Below are positions 42,662-54,455 of a stretch of 64,000 nucleotides of DNA, in pieces. A program made the translations under genes and the position numbers. The notes under the pieces were generated by a model. That model was not told the DNA's origin. It saw only the letters and a list, made by a program, of their open reading frames with translations, and ran no database searches. Numbering within the stretch: the first letter of the stretch is position 1; every line of letters begins with the position of its first letter. The stretch comes from Gammaproteobacteria bacterium. Its GTDB lineage: Bacteria; Pseudomonadota; Gammaproteobacteria; UBA4575. The stretch spans positions 192,001 through 256,000 of the forward strand of contig CBDCTA010000018.1 in assembly GCA_965221955.1 (NCBI GenBank), written 5' to 3'.

Positions 42662-43225
42662 CTAACGGAAAGTTAGCGTTAAACCTGCACTTCCATAACG
42701 AGAATTGCTTCTTCGCGGTAATTTGCAACTTTGCGTTCTCGAGCGATTTGCATTACTCCAGCGCAACTTACCACCTGAGTATTTGCTGTAATGCTTATGA
42801 TGCTTGTTTCTAAAACCATGATGACCATAGCCAAACCGGTAAGCAGGATAGTACACACGGCTGGATCGCTCTTCTTCTTGATTCAAATAGACAACGTGTG
42901 GAACTAGAGCAGCTTGTGCTTGTTTTAACGCAGCTTTTTGTTTGACCTTTTCAAGCTGTAATTTTTTACGCTCTAAACGCTCTTCTCGCATGCGTGCCCA
43001 TTGATTCGTGATCGAATAGTAATTTTCCTTGTAGTCAGAATCAGAATAAACATTTGAAACATCTATTTGATTGGTACTAATAGGATTATTTAATGGCGCT
43101 TGATCTGAATAATGCGTCACGCCATTTTCATCCACCCACTTGTGTATAGTGCCTGCATGTACAACCGATAGCGTTATCCAGAATAACGTTACAAGTAATA
43201 AGGGTATGTACTTAAACATATTCAT
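42662..43225 (-). CDS. DUF4124 domain exported protein
   Basis: Signal peptide, then IHKWVDENGVTHYSDQAP. Confidence 0.85.
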   Translation of the reverse strand: MNMFKYIPLLLVTLFWITLSVVHAGTIHKWVDENGVTHYSDQAPLNNPISTNQIDVSNVYSDSDYKENYYSITNQWARMREERLERKKLQLEKVKQKAALKQAQAALVPHVVYLNQEEERSSRVYYPAYRFGYGHHGFRNKHHKHYSKYSGGKLRWSNANRSRTQSCKLPRRSNSRYGSAGLTLTFR

Positions 43226-43283
43226 ACTTATAGGACTGTAGCGCCTCAGCTTGGTTCTGTCATGTTAGAACCTACGAACAAGC

Positions 43284-43508
43284 TTACTCTTTAATGATTT
43301 GCCACCCGTCAAGATCCATAGGGGCAGAATGAGTCTCTAATTGATCCCAAATCGTATAACCCGTATGCTGCTCATAGACTGCAATTGCCGCTTCTTCAGC
43401 AGTAGAAAATGTTAGAGTAGGCAAATTATCCACCCACAAATCCCATAAACCTAAGGGTTCTTTTTGTATTTCAAATGTAGATGCATCTGTTTCTAATTTA
43501 TACTTCAT
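43284..43508 (-). CDS. hypothetical protein
   Basis: 74-aa Trp-rich ORF in an intergenic slot. Confidence 0.6.
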   Translation of the reverse strand: MKYKLETDASTFEIQKEPLGLWDLWVDNLPTLTFSTAEEAAIAVYEQHTGYTIWDQLETHSAPMDLDGWQIIKE

Positions 43509-43543
43509 AAATAAAGTATAACGTAATTTTTTATTTAAATATT

Positions 43544-43903
43544 ATGTCGACCGCTAACTTTTTCTTTCACGGACTATTCCCAGACTGTATTGAAGCCGAT
43601 GAAGATACAGGTAGACAAATATGTAAAGTTTTATTTGATGTAGATTTTGAAGGTGAATTCCATTCCCATTTGTTAGCCGACCTTTGGCCTATAGAAGAAG
43701 GAGACGGTATACCCACTTTTGAAGTCCGCTACGATCTGCCTTTCAATTGTGACGACTTTTCTAAAACCGCTGTGCAATATTATCAACAAGTGATGGGGCC
43801 ACAATCCACCACCATCAGCCATAGCGGCCCAAAAGGAATGAATCCAAGAAATAATGTATTTCGCGCACAATGGCAAATCGCTCTCGAAGCTAGTAAAAAA
43901 TAA
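43544..43903 (+). CDS. hypothetical protein
   Basis: 119-aa acidic ORF directly upstream of ptrB. Confidence 0.65.
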   Translation: MSTANFFFHGLFPDCIEADEDTGRQICKVLFDVDFEGEFHSHLLADLWPIEEGDGIPTFEVRYDLPFNCDDFSKTAVQYYQQVMGPQSTTISHSGPKGMNPRNNVFRAQWQIALEASKK

Positions 43904-43910
43904 TTCCTCT

Positions 43911-46025
43911 ATGAACTCAAACCTCAAAGCATTATATGCTGAGGCACCGATTGCGCAAAAGAAAAAATCTGCAATTACGCAACACGGATACACACGCATT
44001 GATGATTATGCATGGCTGAAAGACGAGAACTGGCAGCAAGTTATTCAAACTCCCGAGGTGCTCTCACAAGAAATCAAAGACTATCTAGTGGCTGAAAATG
44101 AATATTTAGCACAATGCATGGGCGATACTGAAATTCTACAAAAAAAATTATTTACCGAACTACGAGCAAGAATTAAAGAAGACGATAGCAGCGTTCCTGA
44201 AAAAGATGGTGATTATTTTTATTACGATCGTTACGAGGAAAACCAACAGTATCCAATTTATTGTCGTTATCATAAAGACAATCCTGAACACGAAGAAATT
44301 CTACTAAACGCAAATCTTGCAGCTAAAGGTTTTGACTACTTTGATATTGGCGATGCAGGACACAGCCCAGACCACAAATACTTTGCGTACAGTGCTGATA
44401 TTAAAGGTTCTGAGTTTTACACACTTTATATTATCAATTTAGAAACAGGAGAATTACTCAAAGACCAAATAAGGAATATACAAAGTGTTTTTGTATGGGC
44501 AATGGATAACCGTACGCTTTTTTACACCACACTTGATGACAATCATCGCCCAGACAAAGTTTATCGTCATACACTAGGTGAGAATATTTTTGATGATGAA
44601 ATGTTATACGAGGAGAAAGATTCAGGTTTTTTTGTCTCATTGGATATCACTGAATCCAACCGCTTTATTTTGATCTCTGCACATGATCACGTCACTACTG
44701 AAATACATATCATTGATGCATTTAATCCTAAACAAGCTGCAAAATGTTTTTCCAAACGCCAAGTGGGTGTTGAATACGAAATTACTGATCGTGATGGCAC
44801 ATTTTTTATTGTTACCAATAAGGACGGCGCTGAAGATTACAAAATCATGCAAACCGATCTACAGCAAACCGAACATAGCCATTGGCAAGATGCATATGTT
44901 CCGGAAACTGGAACACTACTACGTGGTATTTACTTATTTAAAGGCTACTTGATCCGTTCAGAGCGCATTAATGGTTTGCCTAGAATCGTAATTGTTCAAT
45001 TTCAAGATAATAAATTTGGTCAAGAATATTGTATTAATTTCGATGAAGAGGCTTATGAATTAAATATCATTCCAGGCTATGAATATGACACGCACATGCT
45101 TAGGTTTTCGTATACCTCAATGACAACACCTACACAAATTTATGACTATGAGATGTCAACGCGTGAGCGAACCTTAAAAAAACAACAAGAAGTTCCTAGT
45201 GGCCATCATCCGGCCGATTACACTACACGCAGACTTTTTGCCACTACAGATGATAATAAAGAAGTACCGATTTCATTACTCTATAAAAATACTACACCAT
45301 TGAATAGCACTGCACCTATGTTGTTATACGCATATGGTTCTTATGGCAGTTCAATGCCCGCTAGTTTTTCAACCAATCGCTTAAGTTTAGTCGATCGCGG
45401 ATTTATTTATGCCATTGCACATGTTCGCGGCGGTATGGAAAAAGGCTATGCATGGTATAAACATGGAAAACTAGAATACAAAACCAATACCTTCAAAGAT
45501 TACATCACTTGCGCAAACTATCTTGTTGAAAACAATTTTACTCAAGCGGGTAATATTGTCGTTCATGGCGGCTCAGCTGGAGGCATGTTGGTCGGGGCGG
45601 TATTAAACATGAATCCCACTTTATTTTATGCGGCAATTGCAGATGTACCTTTTGTAGATGTACTCAACACCATGAGTGACGATAGTCTACCCCTTACTCC
45701 TCCTGAGTGGCCTGAATGGGGCAATCCTATAACGAATAAGTCTGACTACGATAATATTTCTCAATACTCTCCTTACGATAATGTTTCTGAACAAGACTAT
45801 CCCCATATATTAGTGACCGCAGGACTTACAGATCCACGCGTAACGTACTGGGAACCTGCTAAATGGGTGGCTAAACTTCGTGTACATAAAACCGACAATA
45901 ATTTGTTGTTATTAAAAATGAACATGAGTGCAGGACACGCAGGGGCATCAGGACGCTTTGATTACTTAAAAGAGGTTGCATTAATGTATGCATTCATTCT
46001 CAAGGTATTCAATATGACAAGCTAA
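43911..46025 (+). CDS. ptrB: oligopeptidase B (S9 family)
   Basis: DDYAWL, YGSYG, HVRGG, GGSAGG, DPRV, AGHAG. Confidence 0.93.
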   Translation: MNSNLKALYAEAPIAQKKKSAITQHGYTRIDDYAWLKDENWQQVIQTPEVLSQEIKDYLVAENEYLAQCMGDTEILQKKLFTELRARIKEDDSSVPEKDGDYFYYDRYEENQQYPIYCRYHKDNPEHEEILLNANLAAKGFDYFDIGDAGHSPDHKYFAYSADIKGSEFYTLYIINLETGELLKDQIRNIQSVFVWAMDNRTLFYTTLDDNHRPDKVYRHTLGENIFDDEMLYEEKDSGFFVSLDITESNRFILISAHDHVTTEIHIIDAFNPKQAAKCFSKRQVGVEYEITDRDGTFFIVTNKDGAEDYKIMQTDLQQTEHSHWQDAYVPETGTLLRGIYLFKGYLIRSERINGLPRIVIVQFQDNKFGQEYCINFDEEAYELNIIPGYEYDTHMLRFSYTSMTTPTQIYDYEMSTRERTLKKQQEVPSGHHPADYTTRRLFATTDDNKEVPISLLYKNTTPLNSTAPMLLYAYGSYGSSMPASFSTNRLSLVDRGFIYAIAHVRGGMEKGYAWYKHGKLEYKTNTFKDYITCANYLVENNFTQAGNIVVHGGSAGGMLVGAVLNMNPTLFYAAIADVPFVDVLNTMSDDSLPLTPPEWPEWGNPITNKSDYDNISQYSPYDNVSEQDYPHILVTAGLTDPRVTYWEPAKWVAKLRVHKTDNNLLLLKMNMSAGHAGASGRFDYLKEVALMYAFILKVFNMTS

Positions 46026-46053
46026 GGGGTTTTATAGTATCGTTATGGGCTAG

Positions 46054-46078
46054 AGCACCAGATATTGGTGCTTTTTTA
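46054..46078 (+). terminator. intrinsic terminator after ptrB
   Basis: AGCACCA-GATAT-TGGTGCT followed by a T tract. Confidence 0.6.
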
Positions 46079-46136
46079 ATCACACACTGTACAGCCTCTA
46101 CAAAGAACGCTAACCAGAAAACAAGCGGAAATAACA

Positions 46137-46352
46137 ATGGTTGAAGAAAATTTAATTCGACGCGATGAAGACACAGGTTATATCATCGCATGGAAATTAA
46201 AGTATGATTTCGAGACAGGGAAGTTAACAGATAACACCATGACCTATGGCGAAGCTCGTAAAAAGTGTGCTGAACTGAATGCTGAAAACTCTGAAAAAAC
46301 ATTCTGGCCAGAAAAAGTGAAGCCTGCACCAGAGTGGCATATCATTTACTAA
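46137..46352 (+). CDS. hypothetical protein
   Basis: 71-aa ORF with an upstream GGA RBS-like sequence. Confidence 0.6.
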   Translation: MVEENLIRRDEDTGYIIAWKLKYDFETGKLTDNTMTYGEARKKCAELNAENSEKTFWPEKVKPAPEWHIIY

Positions 46353-46353
46353 A

Positions 46354-46405
46354 CGCTCAAGTAAAGTTGAGCGATATCTACTGACTTCTCAAGTAGAGTT
46401 GAGAA
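46354..46405. repeat. two tandem related hairpins (REP-like or terminator)
   Basis: CGCTCAA-GTAAAG-TTGAGCG and TTCTCAA-GTAGAG-TTGAGAA, 32-bp period. Confidence 0.6.
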
Positions 46406-46428
46406 AGACCCAAAAGTATATTGTCGAC

Positions 46429-47076
46429 TTAAGGCGAGAGTCGTTCTATTTTCCAATCCGATGAAATTCTTATGTAGCGCAATCTATCGTGTAGTCGATT
46501 GGGCCTGCCCTGCCAAAATTCAAACAAATTAGGAATGACACGATACCCACCCCAATGCTCGGGATATGGAACTACTGTATTCTCATATTGCTGTTCCAAC
46601 TTCTCATATTCATCTTCAAGTACTTTATAACTATCTATTACAGCACTTTGATGAGAAGCAATTGCACCAATCTGACTCCCCCTTGGTCTTGAATGAAAGT
46701 ATTCTTTTGATTCTTGTTTTGACACTTTTTCTACGTGCCCTTGGATGCGTACTTGCCTATAGAGTTTATCCCACCAAAAAGTTAAAGCGGCTTTATTAGA
46801 GCTCGCTAAATCATGTGCTTTACTACTTTTATAGTTAGTGAAAAACACAAAACCTTGTTCATCATAACTTTTGAGCAATACCATCCGCGCAGAAACATCT
46901 CCCTTTTTATTTACTGTAGCAATATTCACTGCGTTTGGTTCCATTAAATCCGCATCAGATACCTCACTAAACCAGTCCGCAAATAATTTAAATGGGTTCT
47001 TATCTACGTCTTTTTCAGACAAGGTTCTTGATTCATAATGCTGACGCATATTTTTAACATTAGTATCCTGACTCAT
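46429..47076 (-). CDS. pdxH: pyridoxamine 5'-phosphate oxidase
   Basis: RMVLLK, FFTNYKSSK, YFHSRPRGSQ, EFWQGRPNRLHDR. Confidence 0.96.
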   Translation of the reverse strand: MSQDTNVKNMRQHYESRTLSEKDVDKNPFKLFADWFSEVSDADLMEPNAVNIATVNKKGDVSARMVLLKSYDEQGFVFFTNYKSSKAHDLASSNKAALTFWWDKLYRQVRIQGHVEKVSKQESKEYFHSRPRGSQIGAIASHQSAVIDSYKVLEDEYEKLEQQYENTVVPYPEHWGGYRVIPNLFEFWQGRPNRLHDRLRYIRISSDWKIERLSP

Positions 47077-47093
47077 AGCACTTCCTTGTTTAA

Positions 47094-47726
47094 TTAACTA
47101 AACGCAACCCCTATACCCCCTAGCCCACAGTAGCCATTAGGGTTTTTAGCAAGATATTGCTGATGATAATCTTCAGCATAATAAAATTCGGGCGCATCAA
47201 TGATTTCCGTTGTAATCGCCCCATATCCTTGCTTGGTCAATACGTCTTGGTAAGTGTGCTTAGTTTGCTCTGCGATTTGTTTCTGTTCTTCGCTATAGGT
47301 GTAAATACCAGAACGATACTGCGTACCCACATCGTTACCTTGCTGCATTCCTTGTGTAGGGTTATGCGACTCCCAAAACACTTTTAGTAATTCTTTGTAG
47401 CGAATCACCTCAGGATCAAATACCACACGTACCATTTCATTATGCCCAGTCAATCCCGTACACACTTCTTCATAGGTAGCATTTGGCGTGAAGCCCCCTG
47501 CATAGCCCACTGATGTAGAAAACACACCTCGAAGTTGCCAAAACTTGCGCTCCGCTCCCCAAAAGCAACCCATTCCAAACATGGCTATCTCAAGCCCTTC
47601 AGGGAAAGGAGGCAGCAAAGAATTTCGATTGACGTAATGTTGATTTGAAACTTGCATTGCCTCGGCACGGCCTGGCAAAGCATCTTGCCTAGATGGCATT
47701 AACGTTTTTTTATTTGTGAATAACAT
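47094..47726 (-). CDS. msrA: peptide methionine sulfoxide reductase A
   Basis: [27 protein letters not shown]. Confidence 0.97.
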   Translation of the reverse strand: MLFTNKKTLMPSRQDALPGRAEAMQVSNQHYVNRNSLLPPFPEGLEIAMFGMGCFWGAERKFWQLRGVFSTSVGYAGGFTPNATYEEVCTGLTGHNEMVRVVFDPEVIRYKELLKVFWESHNPTQGMQQGNDVGTQYRSGIYTYSEEQKQIAEQTKHTYQDVLTKQGYGAITTEIIDAPEFYYAEDYHQQYLAKNPNGYCGLGGIGVAFS

Positions 47727-47892
47727 AGTGTTAATTTCTCAAACTACCATACATAAACCTTAATCTAAACGGATTGTACAATGCAAAATAGATAACGGCT
47801 TTCAGCAGTCTTAGCGTGAGCAAATTAAGCAAATATTCAGAAAAAGAGATTTAGCAGATATTTAATAAAACGCCAGGACTTCTGGTTTTAAA

Positions 47893-47920
47893 ATGACCGC
47901 TTTCAGCCGAAAACGGTCAT
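47893..47920. repeat. 28-bp imperfect palindrome (copy 2)
   Basis: ATGACCGCTTTCAGCCGAAAACGGTCAT. Confidence 0.6.
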
Positions 47921-47985
47921 AATTCTTTATTGGATACTATAAAATTCGCCATAAATTAATACTTACTTGGGTAAACTTTCTACCG

Positions 47986-48945
47986 TTAGCTATCAATAGT
48001 AATTGGACTTTCAAAGTTATCTGGTTTGATTGCTAAAACAGAGCAATCCAACTGATTAAGAATGTTCTCAGCAGTGTTGCCTATCAATAATCCTGGAACA
48101 CCAGCACGACCTACAGTTCCCATTACTACAAGCTCTGCACCGATTTCTTTTGTAACCTTCGGTACTATTTTTTTTGCATTGCCTTGCACGAGATGAAGCT
48201 GTGGTTTAAGAAAATTCATAGTTTCTTCACCGTATAAATTACAAGACTTCTCAACTACATCCGTTAACCATTGTGTACGAATCGCCTTCTCATGATTAAC
48301 CATTTCATCTACTTCTGAATCTGTGTAAGACATATGCGGACCACGTAGGTAGCTCTCATAAGGTAAATTCCATACATGTATGACATGCAACTCTCCAAAA
48401 TCAGCTAATGCCAGTGATATGGACAGTTCTAATAGTCGCTGATTGAGAGCTTCGTTATCCATATTTTCATGTTGATAATCCAGTGCGACAAGAATCTCTT
48501 TTTCACCTATTTGTTGGGTTGATTTTATTATCCACACTGGGCATGGGCATTTTCGTAGCAGCTTCATTTCTGAAGCACTGAATAAATAACGAACTACAGA
48601 AGAAGTATTTTTGACAGTTTTAATAATCAAATCACCATCATTCCTAATTACTTCACGTATGATCTCAACAAACGGTCTCCCAGTCAGCACCTTGGTATTA
48701 ATTATAACCCCGGAGTTTTTTATTCCTTTCACAAGCAACTCTAGCTGTTCTTGTCTCTGTTTAGTGAGTATAGGTACAAGCTCATTGTTGCGACCACTTT
48801 TCTGATCAACGCTTGACATATACACAGTCCCAATTACAGTAAGCTTCGCTTGATGAACTTTTGCTAAAGCGACAGCTTGTTCAAATGCCGAGGAGTTATC
48901 AAGCTCTTCCTCTAAGACGAAAATAATATTTGAAAATTTAACCAT
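47986..48945 (-). CDS. tandem-domain universal stress protein (UspE-like)
   Basis: LLRKCPCPVW, VMGTVGRAGVPGLLIGNTAE, SVLAIKP. Confidence 0.9.
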   Translation of the reverse strand: MVKFSNIIFVLEEELDNSSAFEQAVALAKVHQAKLTVIGTVYMSSVDQKSGRNNELVPILTKQRQEQLELLVKGIKNSGVIINTKVLTGRPFVEIIREVIRNDGDLIIKTVKNTSSVVRYLFSASEMKLLRKCPCPVWIIKSTQQIGEKEILVALDYQHENMDNEALNQRLLELSISLALADFGELHVIHVWNLPYESYLRGPHMSYTDSEVDEMVNHEKAIRTQWLTDVVEKSCNLYGEETMNFLKPQLHLVQGNAKKIVPKVTKEIGAELVVMGTVGRAGVPGLLIGNTAENILNQLDCSVLAIKPDNFESPITIDS

Positions 48946-49036
48946 TTCACCACCTATCGAAAATATTTTTAATAAAACTTAAAAAAATAAAAATCCAGAT
49001 CACAAAGTCACTGTAATATAGCTAGGACTCCAATAA

Positions 49037-49050
49037 CTGATCTGGCTCAA
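49037..49050 (-). promoter_or_regulatory. candidate FNR/Anr box upstream of the usp gene
   Basis: TTGAG-CCAG-ATCAG has 2 mismatches to TTGAT-N4-ATCAA; a TACAGT -10-like hexamer lies at class II spacing. Confidence 0.4.
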
Positions 49051-49350
49051 GTAAGTAACCGTTTTAATATTCGTTTTTAACTGCGCAAATCTTCAGTTTT
49101 TTCGAATCGTAACTCGCCGTTTTAACGACAAGTAATTAATTAAATTAAATGACTGATTAATAAATAAGACATTTATTGGAAAGTGATTGATTGCTCAAAA
49201 CTTGAAAAGTTATGAAACAAAATGCATTTGAATTGTTGCAAACAACAGTCATCTAAGTGATTGCTGTTTCAGTTGTATTCAAATAAGCAATAGAAGCAAG
49301 TCCGCTTATTTTTTTATTAAGTTTGTTAAGTGTTGTAATACTTAACCCTA

Positions 49351-49378
49351 ATGTCCACTATGGGTTGTAAGCAGATAT
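49351..49378. repeat. 28-bp imperfect palindrome (copy 3)
   Basis: ATGTCCACTATGGGTTGTAAGCAGATAT. Confidence 0.65.
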
Positions 49379-49433
49379 TTTGAATGTTTGAATTGAAGTT
49401 TCCTACCTGATTTTCCCCTCAGTAGTTTGAATT

Positions 49434-49461
49434 ATGGTTGTTTTAGATCAAAAGCGGAAAT
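49434..49461. repeat. degenerate 28-bp palindrome (copy 4)
   Basis: ATGGTTGTTTTAGATCAAAAGCGGAAAT aligns without gaps to the family. Confidence 0.4.
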
Positions 49462-49501
49462 TTTGTTAATCAAATTTTAATTTCCCAACCCATATATTAT
49501 T

Positions 49502-49735
49502 TCAGCTACCTAAGTCTTTGGAATGGGGTCTTTTAGCAAGAAACCTCCAACCTAAAAAGAAAACACTTAATAGCACCCCTACGGTTAGATACCAGTCTTT
49601 ATATAAAAGATGTGCAATCACGGCCAACAAAAAACTTACTGTTACCCAAAACGATTTTTCTAACGTTTCATACTCACTCTTTAGTTTTACAACTTGTTTG
49701 CTCTCTTCTTCATTATTTTGTTGACCTTTATCCAT
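49502..49735 (-). CDS. small membrane protein
   Basis: 77 aa with two TM segments. Confidence 0.55.
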   Translation of the reverse strand: MDKGQQNNEEESKQVVKLKSEYETLEKSFWVTVSFLLAVIAHLLYKDWYLTVGVLLSVFFLGWRFLAKRPHSKDLGS

Positions 49736-49765
49736 ATGAATATTATAAGTCTTAGTTAAATTTTA

Positions 49766-50272
49766 TTAAGTTAACCCATCTATGACCAATTGTTTATACA
49801 AGCTTGATTCACGCTTAAAAAAGCCTTCTGTATGAAAGGAATCTTCTAATTTATAGAGTTCATAATCTAAGTGATGACAGACTTCATGAAACAAAGTGCG
49901 CATATAGGTTTTAAAAGCGACCACTTGTTTTCGCTTAGCGGTTAGCATCCAGACTGAGATTTCCGCCACCTTCGTTTTACGCGAGACAGGTTCATATAAA
50001 CCATGTAACTCCCCATAGTTATTATGAGGTCGACTGGTTAATACTTTCACTTTAATCGGTGGAATTTCCAATTGTAGAGTCAATTGATTTGTTAGCGTTT
50101 GACTCGCGCGCAGCACATGTGCTTTTTGTTTGGTTTGCAGTGCAGACCGAACATCACGCACATAAGGCAATAATTGGTTAGAGTTTTTTAGACTTACGTT
50201 AGAAATTTTATCGCTGGCGCGGTAAATTTTTTTATCTTTTGCAGGTAAACGACGATAATAAGAATACGGCAT
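49766..50272 (-). CDS. basic zincin-like protein (HExxH)
   Basis: ELHGLYE, TLFHEVCHHLDY, SFHTEGF. Confidence 0.65.
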   Translation of the reverse strand: MPYSYYRRLPAKDKKIYRASDKISNVSLKNSNQLLPYVRDVRSALQTKQKAHVLRASQTLTNQLTLQLEIPPIKVKVLTSRPHNNYGELHGLYEPVSRKTKVAEISVWMLTAKRKQVVAFKTYMRTLFHEVCHHLDYELYKLEDSFHTEGFFKRESSLYKQLVIDGLT

Positions 50273-50336
50273 TACTAAAACACTGGCTGTGAAGTCAGTA
50301 TTCTAGCGTTTTGAAAAATTAGAAACTAGCCAGAAA

Positions 50337-50984
50337 TCAATTTGAAACGAATTTATGCTCGTTTTTACCAAGATCTAGTGTGAACTTAATATCACTTGCC
50401 GCAACTGAAATCGAATAATCTTCTAGTCTCACCAAGCCTTGTTCGGTACGGTAAGCACCATAACCACGTAACATCCCTGCAAGCACAAACTCTCCATTTT
50501 CACAGCTCAGTAACCCACCACCCGATTCACCAGAATCTATTCCAGCACTAGTATGAATGGCCTCAGCTTTTTGAGAAACAAAATTTCCTGAAGTAGTAAG
50601 TAAACTTTGCGCACGCGGATATCCTGCTGCCCACACTTCTTGACTTTCATATAAATCAGATTTGCTAAGCGGGATAGGATAAAGATTTTCTGTACGAACT
50701 GAGAGTAATGCAACATCAGATGCTTGATCTACTAATAACACTGATGCTTTATACATAGTATTATTAATCTCAACTGCAGTGTTGTCATAATCTTCTAATA
50801 CATGTGCAGCTGTAATAACTAAATCATTGGATACCACTACACCACTGGCGTGACTATTCTCACCACTTTCGATTGCAACAATTGAATTGAGTATTTGATT
50901 AGTAGGCCAATGACAAGTGAGTTCTTCAGCATTACTCACCGCTGCAAACAAAAGAAGAAAAACAATTTTATTAAGGTGCTTCAT
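50337..50984 (-). CDS. exported trypsin-like serine protease
   Basis: Signal peptide, TAAHV, DVALL, GESGGG catalytic triad motifs. Confidence 0.85.
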   Translation of the reverse strand: MKHLNKIVFLLLFAAVSNAEELTCHWPTNQILNSIVAIESGENSHASGVVVSNDLVITAAHVLEDYDNTAVEINNTMYKASVLLVDQASDVALLSVRTENLYPIPLSKSDLYESQEVWAAGYPRAQSLLTTSGNFVSQKAEAIHTSAGIDSGESGGGLLSCENGEFVLAGMLRGYGAYRTEQGLVRLEDYSISVAASDIKFTLDLGKNEHKFVSN

Positions 50985-51306
50985 CTTACGCTCCTTATAA
51001 TGATGCAAGCATTGCTCGTGTTATTGTCTATAAACTAGTTTATCCACCTATATAGACAACTCTGAATAGCAATGCATGTGTGCGTATCGACCTTTCTGCT
51101 AAACGGTATTTATCCTTTATTTGTTAATAGTTTAGCGTGCAAAAAGCTGAACTGGATCACAGTAACAATACTTATAAGCAATAATTAACAGTATTTATGA
51201 TTAGCCCTCTATTTTAGATCTATCAAAACTCCAGACTACATATAGGAATTACAGATTTAATTTATTTCAAGTGCATTTTTTACAATGACTAAGTTATCGA
51301 AGTACC

Positions 51307-52221
51307 TTAACGCCTAAAACTCCATGATTCTGCTTCTATAAAGACACGTTTTACATTTTTAAATTTTTGCTTAATTTCTTTGTCTATTTTAGAAATTACA
51401 TCTTCCATTTTTTCTGTACGAATTTTGTCATTAAACTCCACGCTCAAATTCACTAATATATAATCTGGACCCATGTGCATGGTCAGTACTTCATTGACCT
51501 GCTCCACACCTGAATATTTATTAGCGATTTTTCCAATACCCTTCACAACCTCCGGTTCGGCTGCTTCACCAATGAGTAAGCCTTTAGTTTCTAAAGCTAA
51601 TAGTGCAGCGATTGTTGCTAATATAATGCCAATACCTACTGAAGCAATACCATCAAATACATAATTTCCGGTCAGTTGACTCACTGCGACCCCTAGCATC
51701 GCAAAAATCAATCCTAACATTGCGGCTGCGTCTTCCAATAGCACAACAAACATTCCTGGGTCTTTACCTTGCCTGATTGCCTGCATGTATGTTTTATTTC
51801 CCTTTGACTTATTGAATTCTTTAAGTGCGATGTAAAAAACAAATGCCTCAATCAAAATGGCAACACCAAGCACAATATAGTTGATATGCGGACTTGTGAT
51901 GACTTCAGGATGCTTTATATGCGCAATCCCTTTAAAAATAGACAACCCCGAGCCTACCGCAAAAATTAAAATCGCTACTACAAAACTCCAAAAATAGATT
52001 TCTTTGCCATGACCATATGGATAATGCTTATCAGCGGGCTTTTTGGCCTGCCTTAATCCAAATAAGAGTAAAACTTGATTACCTGTATCCACTACCGAGT
52101 GAATACCCTCAGAAAACATAGCAGAACTTCCAGTGATTGCGGATGCTATAAATTTAGTTACAGCAATTGCACCATTCCCAAATAGTGCTGCGTAGATTAC
52201 TTTTTTAGATGACCCAGCCAT
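51307..52221 (-). CDS. cation diffusion facilitator family transporter
   Basis: SEGIHSVVD, YPYGHGKE, LLEDAAA, VFIEAE. Confidence 0.9.
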   Translation of the reverse strand: MAGSSKKVIYAALFGNGAIAVTKFIASAITGSSAMFSEGIHSVVDTGNQVLLLFGLRQAKKPADKHYPYGHGKEIYFWSFVVAILIFAVGSGLSIFKGIAHIKHPEVITSPHINYIVLGVAILIEAFVFYIALKEFNKSKGNKTYMQAIRQGKDPGMFVVLLEDAAAMLGLIFAMLGVAVSQLTGNYVFDGIASVGIGIILATIAALLALETKGLLIGEAAEPEVVKGIGKIANKYSGVEQVNEVLTMHMGPDYILVNLSVEFNDKIRTEKMEDVISKIDKEIKQKFKNVKRVFIEAESWSFRR

Positions 52222-52270
52222 TCTAGTAGTAGAACCTCAGAATTTTTTAATTATTAGTTAAAAAGATTCA

Positions 52271-54172
<1,902 letters not shown>

Positions 54173-54224
54173 CTATTTTGAATTATTTTTTAATGTGTAG
54201 CATGGGCGCGTAGCTTATGATGAG

Positions 54225-54330
54225 ACTGTGCTTTCCTCCGCCAGCATTATCTGGTTCAGGTAATCTTAAGAGTGTCTCTCAGCCCATTGCATAAGATTAT
54301 TTTCCATGCAATCAGCACCTCTAGCTCAGT
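54225..54330 (-). ncRNA. TPP riboswitch
   Basis: Minus strand GAGGTGC...GCTGAGA...ACCTGAACCAGATAATGCTGGCGGAGGAA upstream of thiC. Confidence 0.92.
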
Positions 54331-54455
54331 AGCATAATTTTAGTTGAATCAAAGCAGCATTGATATGCTTATAGTTTAAATTTCGGCATAAATAGTTGCT
54401 ACATGGATGCACACCCCGTAGTCTTTTACTACTTATCTATGATTATTTCGTTTAC

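Noticed and set aside
51143-51160. CRP-like site upstream of the trypsin-like protease
   Set aside because: Only one good half-site in AT-rich DNA; insufficient support.
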